A stretch of 64,000 nucleotides of DNA from Salisapilia sapeloensis CBS 127946 (lineage: Eukaryota > Protista > Oomycota): contig JAADVB010000056.1 in the NCBI GenBank assembly GCA_023334545.1, positions 23,211 to 87,210 of the forward strand, read 5' to 3'. The notes beneath the pieces are model-generated. The model was given only the letters and a program-made list of their open reading frames with translations. It did no database searches and was not told the origin of the DNA. The position numbers and the translations under genes are program-made. This document shows positions 44,880 to 56,069 of this stretch, piece by piece. Each line of letters begins with the position of its first letter. The first letter of the stretch is position 1.

Positions 44880-46980
44880 ATGGACGACTCGAGCGCTAGT
44901 AAGGCCGTGGGGGAACCCCAATGGTCTCATGTGGGCTACCACCACACGACGATTCCCCCCGAGATCACGTTTGACTCTTCCCACCCCCAGATCAAACGCG
45001 ACTTGCTCGCGATGATCGCGCAGTACCTCGAATCGGAAGGTCTGTCGCTGTCCAGTGCGACTGTGCAGGATGAGGCGAACGTCTCTCTTCTCCACCGATC
45101 TCAGCATAAGGATGCCTTGAAGCGTATGAGCACAGGTAGGTGCTTCTAATCACGTATAAATGGATGGAGCTGATGCATGGCTCGTAGGTATCTTGGAGGG
45201 CGACTGGGGTCTCGTGTCCAAGCTTTTGCATAAGCATTTTTCGCATAAACTCGCACCTCATCAAGGCTTTCTCTATGCTGTTTGCAAGCAAGAGTATTTA
45301 GAATTGATTGATCGTCAGGAATTTCAAAAAGCTTTTACGTTCCTCACGACGCATCTCAAGCCTTTAGAAAAGATCGGGAATGCGAGTAACCGGCGCGAGT
45401 TTAAAGAATTATGTTACTTGCTTACTTGTAAGAGCGTCAACGAGAGTGAATACTTTCGAGAATGGACGGGTGTCGTCAAGTCTCGCGAGCGGCTAGTAGA
45501 TGTACTCAAGTATACGTTCCAATTAGAAGATATGCTGCATACGAATGCTCATGCTAGTGACGAAGATCAGAGTGATGACTTGACTATGATGCCACAAGGT
45601 CGTCTCGTCCAACTCCTCCATCAGGCAGTCGCCTATCAGATGGAGTTCAGTCGATATCATCCCAAGACGATCCCCAAGCTCAAGTCTCTCTCGCGAGACT
45701 ACGAGTGCGAGGTGCTGCCGAACCAAGTCAAGACCACGTACGCTGGTCACGAAGCCAACGTTAAGTACACGACGTTCATCGGTCAGGACGGCGAGATCCT
45801 CGCGTCGGGGAGCAGCGACGCCAGCATTAAACTGTGGCCGGTCGAGTGCCCCGGACCGAGCGAAGGCGACGGCGTCGGACAGTTGTGTCCATCGCCTCTG
45901 CGCACGCTAAGCGGACACAACTCGCGTGTGTGGTACATGACAGCGAACAAGGCTGGCAATCGCCTGTGCTCTGCCAGTGGCGACGGCACAGTCAAGATGT
46001 GGGACCTTCGGGACGTCGTGGACGACTTCCATCGTCGTCAGGCGGAGACTGATGATGGCCTGAGTGGTATTCGCAGCTCGTTGCTGACGTCAAACCCAGC
46101 CAGTGCGATCACGACGAAGAACTTATGTGTCTTGACACTGTCGTCTCCGAACGGAGGAGACTTGTACAGCGTCAATCTGCATCCGTCTGAGAGTCATATC
46201 GTCACCTCTGGATACGATCAGACCGTCCGGCTGTTCGATTTGAATACTGGTGTCCTCTGCAAGTCGTTTCGAGGACACACGGCGTCTGTGTGTGACTCCA
46301 AGTTTAACATGTATGCCAACTTGTTGGTAAGTGGTGCCAAGGACGGAACGATCCGGCTGTGGGATATCCTCTCGGGCCTGTGCGTCCATACGCTCAAGCA
46401 GACGCTGGGCGAAGTGACGTCTGTGAGCTTGGGCTCGGACGGATATACGCTCCTGAGTGGCTCTCGCAACAATAGTAATAGGATCTGGGACTTGCGTATG
46501 CTCAGCGGGCCTCGACAGCACCTCACGGTCTCATCGACGAGCGGCAGTAGCACGGACATGTCGAGTCTGCAGCACGCACATTCGAATACGAGTGCCGTGT
46601 CGCTTGCTGCGACTGCGAACGGGTCTAGTCTCCCGCATACGCTGACGAGTGGGTCGTCTGTGTTTAACATGAATGGCACGGGAGGAGGTCGAGCGAGCGT
46701 CGGCCCTGTACGACGCTTTAAAGGACAACAGAATACGGCCAAGAACATCATTCGAGCGTCCTTTGGACCGCGAGAAGCGTTTGTCATTGGCGGATCGGAA
46801 GACGGACTGGTGTATGTGTGGGAAGCAGCGACTGGCAAGTTGCTTGAGAAGCTACGGGGCCATGGAGGAGTTACGTACAATGCGCAGTGGCATGAGAAGC
46901 AAGCGTTGTTGGCTACAAGTTCCCACGACGCGACGGTCAAGACGTGGTGGTGGCAAGATCCATATCGAGGATCGGCGTAG
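44880..46980 (+). CDS. LisH-CTLH-WD40 repeat protein (WDR26/SMU1/WDR47-like architecture), 2 exons (intron 45136-45187)
   Basis: LisH-like DLLAMIAQYLESEGL, CTLH-like ILEGDW..FLYAVCKQEYLELI, PQGRLVQLLHQAVAYQ, then multiple GH...WD repeats. Confidence 0.85.
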
Positions 46981-47213
46981 ACTCTAGTACTTGATCAAGA
47001 TACTTATTCGTACCCTTTCGCCTTGGTCCTATCCCGTTGCTTATCTACATGATCCCGTCCTTTCGCTTGTTCCGCTGACTAGTCGAGATGTGGCTACATT
47101 CTTGTCAAGTAGTTTATATATGACTTTACATCTCCTATTGCTACTAGACGCTACTCAAGAACGGAAATAGAGTCGATATCGATGTGTCTCATGCTCGACA
47201 AGTGGCTGGAAAT

Positions 47214-48129
47214 ATGGAATCTTGGGCACCATCTTCTGTGCATCCCAGTCGGACGGTATACTTTAATCAAGTCAAATTGCGTGTCATCGGTCTAAACTGG
47301 CCATTTGATCATTTTCAAGGCCTGTCAGTCTTTATTTGACGGAGGAAGAAGCAAGCTGGCGACGCATATTAAAGGAAAGCGTATTGAACTCTTTCGTCCG
47401 AATGGACAGCTCATCCGGTTGCCTATGAGCGGTGGTACGAATGCTGAGGCCTGGAGTGAAGAGGAGCATGATCGTTTTTTAAATGCCATCCAGCAGTACC
47501 CGAACAAACCGTGGAGCTACATCTCGCAGGTCATCGGGACACGTAGCGTTGATCAAGTGCATACGCACTTTCAAAAGTATCGAAAGCGCGTCGAACTTTT
47601 CCGACAGGAAGAGCTTGAGGGGCAGAATATGGAACCCTTACGCCACGACATGGAGCCACCGACGAGTGCTTGTATGACGTACGAGGACCCGTTGCCGACG
47701 AGCCTCAGTATCGATATGGACGAACCGATGGAGTTCTCTCGACAGCGTTCGCTCAGTGCGCCATCACTTAGCGACTTGGACGACGTCGCCATGTCCTTGG
47801 GCGAGCCTTTGTCTGTCTCGAGTGACGTGCCGTCGACAGCCCCCATCCAGCTCTTAAAGGATCTCAATCGTGACTCTCAATCGAGCCAGTGCTCGTTTCG
47901 CATGGAATCGCTCATTGAAGCGACACCTACGTGTTGCGGACATGAGAAACGAGAGCCCGTAAACGTCGGTGAGCGCTTTTCAGCGCTCGAGAAACGAATG
48001 AGTAGTGGTGAGCGAGACCGTCTTTTGCAGCAATTATCATCCGGTAGTCTCCGTTCAGCAGCTTTGAAACGTGAGTCGAACTTTTACTTTCGTGGTTCGC
48101 TTCAGAATCAATTCCATCCATGCTCCTAG
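47214..48129 (+). CDS. Single-repeat Myb (SHAQKYF-like) transcription factor; 5' exon tentative (possible intron 47256-47319)
   Basis: AWSEEEHDRFLNAIQQYPNKPWSYISQVIGTRSVDQVHTHFQKY. Without the tentative upstream exon, the first in-frame ATG is at 47425. Confidence 0.75.
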
Positions 48130-48201
48130 TTTGGATGGAAAGAACGAGTAGCAACTAGTAGCGTCTTGGGTGGAGATAGGAAGAGAAAATGAAATAAACC
48201 G

Positions 48202-49785
48202 TTACGATTCAATTTTATCATGTGTCAAGTGGTCCGTCACGTTGGTCTGGTGAAGGAAGTCGCTCCAAACTTCTGGAAATAAGTCCGCGACACGACGTTT
48301 ATCGACGTTATGGGCGATGACAAAGCGGAGGAAACGGAGGCCTAAGTCACGATAGAATGTCATCGTTTGTGTGGAAATGTCGAGGAACTGTTGGATCTTG
48401 GTGAAGCGAGATTGGAGTTGATTCGAGACTTTCGAGATAGCGTCTTGTCCTTTGCTCTTTTCGACTTGGAGCATGAGCGACTTAGCTTTCTCTCGAATCG
48501 CTCGGAGACAAACGTACCAAACACTCTTGTGTTTCTCTAGTCCCATGACACTTCCGTCTGCATCGACGTAGAGAAGGACACTACCTTCCACCTGTGTCGT
48601 GTACTTGAGTCGTTTCATCTCTTTATCTAACTCGGATAAGTCGTCAAACACTTGGAAGTCGACGGTCGAGACGCCAAGGTGTTGGAAGAGATCGTACGCT
48701 AGGACTGGATTTAGACACACCTCATCGTTCGTATGGAGTAGATCCCAGTGAGGAAGGACGAGACCGTAGAGGACGAGAGTGTTGCGACTGACAATGTCCG
48801 ATAGCTTTTGTACATGTTGATGGTCTAGACATAAAATCTCAAAGCATGCCGTGGCAGACGTTTGCCATAGAAAGTCACAAAAGACACGTCGCTTATCTTC
48901 CGATAAGGTCGATAGGAGGTGGAAGAAAGCTTGCGCAATGTCAGCAGCGATCGGAAATGGATCATTACCGGTAACCGAGATGGAATGTTGTCTAGAGGTA
49001 CTTATGTCGTCTTCGCTTGATAGGAAGAAGTGTGTATTCTTGGAACCGATGGCGTACAAATAGGTATCGTCACTGCGTTTAAAGACACGGACGTGAGCTG
49101 CTTCGCCATTCGCTTTGCTGGTCCGAATGACGGACGTTGCGTTTGCTTTCGGCTGACTAAAGTACATGCCGACGTTGGCTGTACTTGTGGCAGTAGTATC
49201 AGAGGCTTGCTTCTTATTCTTACTCTTCTTGGAGCTTTGGACGTTCTTAATCTGGAGCTCTCCATCGTCTTCTTGACCGGAGAACTTGCGAAGACCACGT
49301 ATGACTGGGAAATACAATGCTTCCTGCTTCTCGTCGTTCACGATTTTACATATAAAGTTTCCACGAGGAAGATACTGTCGGCAGTAGTCGTTATCAGCGT
49401 ATACAGAGTCATCTGGTCGTCCTCTCTTGCCAACACTAATGTCATATCCTTCTTCCAACCCGCCGATGCAAGTGACTTGGGAAGCGATTGGACGTGTTTT
49501 GATCTGAACCTGCTTCGAGAGAAGTTGAGCGTGCTCCAATTGATCTTTCCACTGCTCATTCTCTTGTTTAATCCAGTCGGTGAATGTACTGCAGTCGCTA
49601 TTATGCGATTGCATCGATGTCGTGAGCTGCCAATAACCTCGATGGAGGTGTGGCACGTGACTCATCGTACTCGTCTCTTCTGTTGCATTACGAATGATCT
49701 CTTGTAATACATCTTCTACATTGTTTGTAAAGGCAGGAGGCGGAGGAACAAAGGAAAGGTTCGCGTGGGTACTTGACTGCGTCAT
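48202..49785 (-). CDS. Stand-alone ATP-dependent RNA ligase-like protein (Trl1-LIG/T4 Rnl1 clade)
   Basis: Ordered nucleotidyltransferase motifs: PRGNF, RGLRKF, motif I TSKANGE, Ia GSKNTH, III FEILCLDHQH, IIIa LYGL, IV EGSVL, V EKHK..WY..LR.IRE. No kinase or phosphodiesterase module. Confidence 0.65.
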   Translation of the reverse strand: MTQSSTHANLSFVPPPPAFTNNVEDVLQEIIRNATEETSTMSHVPHLHRGYWQLTTSMQSHNSDCSTFTDWIKQENEQWKDQLEHAQLLSKQVQIKTRPIASQVTCIGGLEEGYDISVGKRGRPDDSVYADNDYCRQYLPRGNFICKIVNDEKQEALYFPVIRGLRKFSGQEDDGELQIKNVQSSKKSKNKKQASDTTATSTANVGMYFSQPKANATSVIRTSKANGEAAHVRVFKRSDDTYLYAIGSKNTHFFLSSEDDISTSRQHSISVTGNDPFPIAADIAQAFFHLLSTLSEDKRRVFCDFLWQTSATACFEILCLDHQHVQKLSDIVSRNTLVLYGLVLPHWDLLHTNDEVCLNPVLAYDLFQHLGVSTVDFQVFDDLSELDKEMKRLKYTTQVEGSVLLYVDADGSVMGLEKHKSVWYVCLRAIREKAKSLMLQVEKSKGQDAISKVSNQLQSRFTKIQQFLDISTQTMTFYRDLGLRFLRFVIAHNVDKRRVADLFPEVWSDFLHQTNVTDHLTHDKIES

Positions 49786-49878
49786 GATGAGCTCGTGGAT
49801 ACATGCGACCAGGTAATGCTGTCAAGTGATTTCCACCAATGAAAACCAGCTATTTGTATTTCTTCCAACCAAACAACG

Positions 49879-51239
49879 CTAGTCGTAAATCTCCTCTAGA
49901 TCACCAGAAGTCCAGGTCATCGCGCCGGCTTTACGGATAGCTTCGTCGAAACACCTCATATCCACCTGCTCGACCTCGTTACGAACAGCTAGCATCGCTG
50001 CTTCATTCACAACACTGGCCAATTGCGCACCCGATCGCTGGTTACCTTCGGCACACCTTCGTGCGACCTGACGCAGATCGACCTCCGGCGCCACCTTGAC
50101 GCCTCGACAATGGACCTTTAAGATCTCTTCTCGACCATCTAGATCCGGTAGACCTACATGAACATGTCTGTCGAATCGTCCTGGTCTCAACAGTGCTGCA
50201 TCTAAAACTTCCGGACGGTTCGTTGCGGCGATGACAAGTACGGTACTGTCTTCATCTTCATCCGACGCCGATTGATGCTGGAATGTATCGAATCCGTCCA
50301 TCTCGGTCAAGAGTTGGTTTAACGTTTGTTCCCGTTCGTCATTCGAATTAAGACCTCCACGTGCTTTTGCAAGTGCATCAATTTCATCGATAAAGATGAT
50401 ACACTTGCGATGCTGCGAGGCTTGTGTGAAGAGATCACGCACTCGTGCTGCACCTCTACCAACGAGCATCTCGACAAAGTCGGAGGCAGAGCAAAAGAGG
50501 AACGCAACATTGGCTTCCGACGCCACAGCTCTTGCTAAGAGTGTCTTACCAGTGCCACTAGGTCCACATAAGAGCACTCCTTTCGGCACTCGAGCGCCCA
50601 TGGACGTGTATTTCGTAGGGTTTCGTAGGAAATCGACAACTTCCTCCAGCTCTCGTCGAGCAGAGTCGATACCAGCAACGTCTGAGAAGGAGATATGCTG
50701 CGACGTCCGTCCGTCTGGATGCAGTCGCTTGTTCCGGCCACTGCTCTTGCCTACGCCTTTGCCATCGCTAAAGAGCTTGCGTAGCATAAAGTAGGTCAAG
50801 CCCAGGTATCTAAAATGGAATTAGCAATTGGAAATGAGAGAATTCGGTGAAATGTGTACGCAAAGGGGAGGATGGTCATGAGCATCGGGAGCAGACGAGT
50901 GGAAGATGGTGGTTGGAGAGCACCAAAGTGAACGTCGGATTCGGCTAGGAGGTTGGTGACGTACGTAGTGGTGGTACGTGGTGGTAATTGGACTCGATAG
51001 GACGAGTTATTCGCGATGACGACGCAATGGTTTGGAGCGACGAGGACTTTGTCCACGCGTTTGTCTTTAATGTCACGTAGAAGTTCACTAAAGAGTTTCC
51101 AGGGCGATTCAGCGATGGTCTGTTTGCGACTGGAAGATAGGAACTGGAGCAAGTAGGATCGAAGTGTACTCGTTCCTTTGCTCAATAGCACGATCGCCCC
51201 AATGGACAGGAGCACTTGGCGTACTCTTTTCACGTTCAT
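49879..51239 (-). CDS. FtsH-family AAA ATPase lacking the M41 peptidase domain, 2 exons (intron 50810-50859)
   Basis: Two hydrophobic segments, then [83 protein letters not shown]. The stop follows the AAA lid and there is no HEXXH motif. Confidence 0.85.
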
Positions 51240-52734
51240 AGTGACTTGTTGGTGGATGTACTTGTTTAATACAGGTAAAGTAGGAGAGAGAAATGATTGT
51301 GATGAAAGTAGAGCAAGCACGAGGTAGGATGGATCGATCGGACTGGGAGATCGATGACTTGAGATTCACGAATATTGGTCGGACGGAGTGTATACTAAAC
51401 TGAAGTGAACGGAGTGTAGCCATGTGGGATCCATAGCTCCATGCATAATCGAGATGAGTACGTGGCTTTGATGTACAGCTTACCACTTGTGCTAGACTTT
51501 AGATTGTAGATGAATAAAGCCTTGTTGTTGCTTCCTATGATCAAATGCTACACTTATTCGAATGCAAACGTCCTATACAATCCGTGTTGTCGATGGATGG
51601 AAATCGTATACACAACTTGTATCATGGAGTAGAGCTTTACCTAGGACACTGTGCGTTCTGATCAAGGTTTAGATATTCAGAAGACCATTTAATCAAATCC
51701 ATGGGAGTTTGATGAAACATCAGAAATAGCTTAGTCAATGCTGGTAATTCTTGCCAAGGACATCTTTGGATCAAGCAAGAACACGCGCTCTAGTAGGATG
51801 GACACCGTCACGTCGAGTTGCTTGAAGTTCAGCATCTGGTTTAGCGGCGCAGCAGTGCCCATTGCAACAATATCGCTTGTCTTTACTTGTTGACTAAGTT
51901 GAGCAATTCGTTTGCCTGGTAACCAAGCGTCAGCTTCAAGTATAGGCATAGCTCAGTGCTCTTGCTTTTTATAAACTATCTATGAAGTCGATCCAGTAAT
52001 TCTTGTGGGTGCGACCACCATTTTTAAAGCTAGGTGCATACTCGCATCATATCGCTAGTTGCATTGCCTTAAGTAACTCTGTCTAGATAGTCACATTCGG
52101 CGATCGTTCCTGAAAGTATCCGCCATCGGACCTTATTGCAAAGATGAAGAGGGATCGATGTTAAAGTAGACTGGCATGACTTCACGTCTGCATCCAAGTT
52201 GAAAACACGTCGGCTTATAGAATGAATGGAAGCGTTTTTGTAGCGTAGATGCTGCAAAAGAAACCCGAGTATCCTTGCTAACCAGATCGCTGAATATAGT
52301 AGAAGTGTGTGCATGTTGCAGAGTCGTGTAGAGATTAAACTTACTAGAAAACAGTAGTTGGGAAAATGATGTCTTGACAAACGCTTCGACGCTATGTGGT
52401 TGAAGATAGTAGTTCAATCAGTACAAGAGATACGACTCTTGTTATCACTAGCATCTTTTGTAAAGTAGACTGCCAATGCCAGTGCTCTAAAGCTTGTGTC
52501 CTATCCGACATTGGTGGGTAGAAAGATCGAGTATGGTGATTATTAATGAATGTAATGTCATTATATGGCTTCGAGCACCGAATACGGTTATTGTCTGATT
52601 CTTGAATGACTAGAGTTAAAGGAGTTCTATCAGCAACTGGTTATCGTCAACACGCTAGAGTGTTCTCAGCTCCTATATGAATCCTATCCTCATTCTTCGT
52701 TTTGCTCCCAAGGCCGCAGAGCTTCACTTTAATC

Positions 52735-54396
52735 ATGAAGTTCCTCTTATCTGCAATTGTGAGTGCGTTGTTGAGCTCACTTGTCTCTTCTGATGATGCC
52801 CCAGCGGTGACAATCGCGAATGGTACATACTTGGGTGTCCACCAGTCGACGTACGATCAAGACCTGTTCCTTGGTATGCCATTCGCCCAACCTCCTGTCG
52901 GTGATTTGCGTTTCCGAAACCCAGCACCGCTCAACGAAACTTGGTCTGAGCCCAAAGCTGCTACTGAATACTCGCCCGAGTGCTACGGCTACGGAAGCGA
53001 CCAATGGGTACTTGGTAATGTCGTGTCGGAAGACTGCTTGACACTGAACGTCGTTCGTCCGAGTGGTACCGAGACTGGTGCCAACCTTCCAGTTGCTGTA
53101 TGGATCCACGGAGGTGGGTTCGTCATGGGCGGATCGATGGATCCCAGATACAACATGTCTTTCATGGTCGACCAGTCTGTGCAAATGGACAAACCGATCA
53201 TCGGTGTGAGTATCAACTACCGCCTACAAGCCTTTGGCTACTTGTGGGGAAGTGAAGTGGAGAAGGCTGGTGTTGGTAACTTGGCACTCAAGGACCAGCG
53301 CCTCGCACTGCACTGGGTTCACGAAAACATCGCATCTTTTGGCGGTGACCCGAGCAAAGTAACCATCTTTGGTGAAAGCGCTGGTGGATGGAGTGTCTCG
53401 AACCAGTTACTTGCCTACGGTGGACGTGATGACAATCTTTTCCGTGCTGCTATCATGCAATCTGGAGCTGCGACGAGCCCCAAGTCTGCCTACATGGAAG
53501 CTTCCGATTGGGACGTTTACTTTAACAAGATTGCAGATGCTGCGGACTGCGGCTCTGCAGACGATGCACTTGACTGCCTTCGACAAGTGCCGATTGATGA
53601 CTTAAACGACATTTTCAACAGTTCGGTTACCGCTGGTGCCCAATTCAATGCTCAGATCGACAATGACTTTGTGCCAGCCGCTAGTCTCGAACTCCTCGAC
53701 AACGGTCAGTTTGTACATGTACCAATTATGCACGGTGCGAATCATGATGAGGGTGCATCCTTCGGACCGAGAGGCATTAACACGACGGAACAGTTTGCCA
53801 ATTACCTCATGGCATCTGGAAACTCTGCGGAACAAGTGGCTATTCTGACTGAGCTGTATCCTGATATTCCTGAAATTGGTATCCCAGGAACGCTGGATGG
53901 ACGACCAGTGGGGACATCTTATGGTGATATGTACAAGCGAGCATGCGCGTATGCTGGTGACAAATCCATGCACGCTCCTCGTCGGTACACTGCCAAGACA
54001 TGGGCCGCGAACAACGTGACCAACTACAACTACAACTTTAATGTACTAGTGAACGGCTTAGATGCGTATGCAGGTGCCGGCCATTTCCAAGAAGTGGCCT
54101 TTGTCTTTTACAATGTGGAGGGTGTCGGGTATGACACTGCTATTACGGAGAATCCTTTCGAAGGCAAGCCAGACACGTACGAGCAACTCGCCCGCATGAT
54201 GTCTCGCATGTGGATCAGCTTCTTTGCGGATATGACGCCTAACAACAATGGTGTGTCGACGGTGGAGTGGCCGGAGTACACGACCGACGACCCGCAGATC
54301 ATCTTCTTCGACACCAATGCGACTGATTTGGCCTACGCGGAGGATGACATTTATCATGCTGAGGCCATTGATTACATCTTTGACACCATGCACTAG
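52735..54396 (+). CDS. Secreted type-B carboxylesterase/lipase, fungal-like, intronless
   Basis: Signal peptide MKFLLSAIVSALLSSLVSS; FLGMPFAQPPVGDLRF, SEDCLTLNV, WIHGGGF, catalytic GESAG, HDEG and GHFQE. Confidence 0.93.
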   Translation: MKFLLSAIVSALLSSLVSSDDAPAVTIANGTYLGVHQSTYDQDLFLGMPFAQPPVGDLRFRNPAPLNETWSEPKAATEYSPECYGYGSDQWVLGNVVSEDCLTLNVVRPSGTETGANLPVAVWIHGGGFVMGGSMDPRYNMSFMVDQSVQMDKPIIGVSINYRLQAFGYLWGSEVEKAGVGNLALKDQRLALHWVHENIASFGGDPSKVTIFGESAGGWSVSNQLLAYGGRDDNLFRAAIMQSGAATSPKSAYMEASDWDVYFNKIADAADCGSADDALDCLRQVPIDDLNDIFNSSVTAGAQFNAQIDNDFVPAASLELLDNGQFVHVPIMHGANHDEGASFGPRGINTTEQFANYLMASGNSAEQVAILTELYPDIPEIGIPGTLDGRPVGTSYGDMYKRACAYAGDKSMHAPRRYTAKTWAANNVTNYNYNFNVLVNGLDAYAGAGHFQEVAFVFYNVEGVGYDTAITENPFEGKPDTYEQLARMMSRMWISFFADMTPNNNGVSTVEWPEYTTDDPQIIFFDTNATDLAYAEDDIYHAEAIDYIFDTMH

Positions 54397-56069
54397 GTAT
54401 GTCGGCTATCGAGTGCGACTGTGTTCTAGCCAAAGCGGCTAGCTCCGCCTAAGATGAATTCAAATATGATGTTTTGTTTCTCGTGAAAACCTTTGTGTAG
54501 TTACTACTTGGAGGTGGAGAGACCACATTAAACACGTCGAGTATAAAGAGTTTATGAGACCAAGCAGATGCAGTTGTAGGATAAGCCTGTAACTTGGCCA
54601 GAAATGGCATGATCGTTAAAACAGATACCGCTCTGAGGCTATCCAAGCGTCCATATAAGGGAGGCAAGAGGTCACTCGATTCCTTCAGCTACATGTCGTT
54701 TAGTTAGGAACCTTTTGGCTAAATGCAAAGTCCTGATTGCTTATTCACGAGAATTTTCAACTATTCGTGGAAGTGCTTATATACACGAGCAAAGTTCATA
54801 GAAGCAAATGAAAGTAAAGCTATTGTCATGCTCGACCCTGTGCTCAACAAAATGTACCGCTTTCGATTGCCAGTACAGGAGAGGAAGATTGGTATAAAGC
54901 TGCGAGATGAACAGACTAAATACCAATGGTAGCTATCCCACATTATTATACATTTCTTCTCTTTGACATACTACTTGCTTCGGATACAGCGACTCGGACT
55001 GGCTTTTGATTGATGAATGTAAGCTAGAAGATGCTATCATCCAGAGAGCCACTGCACATGAGTATCCATGTAGGTATGCTTATCTAGCACTTGAGTTGTT
55101 CATTATAAATTTAAAATTGCCAATAGTACAACAGTACCTGCTTGAAGTGCTCTCACAAGCTCAGTTTGGACAATGGAATCACTGATACGATCAAAGCTAC
55201 CAGCGATATATGATCATCTGGATCGAGCTCAGCTTTATGCTCTGAACATGGTCTAGCAGCAAGCGCTTGTACCGTGTTCGCGTTGAAGTCATATGTAGTG
55301 AATGCTGAAACTTGCCTAGCCAGCTCGAAAGAGCAATTAATAGGGTATAATATCGATTGCAGGGTTTTCGTTTTCTTAAAGATGATAGCGATGATACTTC
55401 GAGAAATCGCCGATTAAGCTCTCAATGAGCACAATCTTGACTGTTGAGGTTATGATCCCGTCTGACTGTGGAACACACATCAACTTTGGTTATGGATAGC
55501 GCTCCGTACACCTGCATTATCCTTGTGCATTATGTGTGCATCCGCTTTGTCAAATACAATTTATAAGTATGATCGCGAGATGTACCAAGTAGGCTGTCGA
55601 ATGGATGAAGACTCTGCAATGTGATAGCACTACGACTTATGTTATCAGGCTATAAACAAGAGTGGGACTAATCTTATTCCCTCGAAAGTTACAAAGACGC
55701 TAGCCCCCGACTGGAGGACATAAAGTGGACATCGGTGTGTGGTGTCATTTGGTTACCATCGAGATGAAGTGACTTCAGCAAAGCATGCTTTGGCTTTCCT
55801 CTGTACATCGACACAATTTGCTGAGCTCTTGCTCGGTTAAGAATAAGATGGAGATCGGACCATCACAAGCCTTCAAATGTTTAACTACATTGCCCGCTTT
55901 TCTATCTGAGGTATGTTACAATACTTCGCAGGAGACCAACCAAGCGCGATTGAGAATGGCATGCAAAGCACATAATCAGCAATTCCCAGCGTACCGTCTG
56001 CACTAAGGGAATTGCTACTACGCCTTCGTGCCATTTCCAAATTAGCAACTTTACAAAGACTTCGCGCCT

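Noticed and set aside
49785-49881. FtsH-like and RNA ligase ORFs are in the same frame, suggesting a fusion
   Set aside because: The 93-nt spacer contains a further in-frame TGA after the TAG, so these are two separate genes.
54720-55330. Coding-like fragments with many stops downstream of the carboxylesterase
   Set aside because: Possibly a decayed gene, but no family could be recognised.
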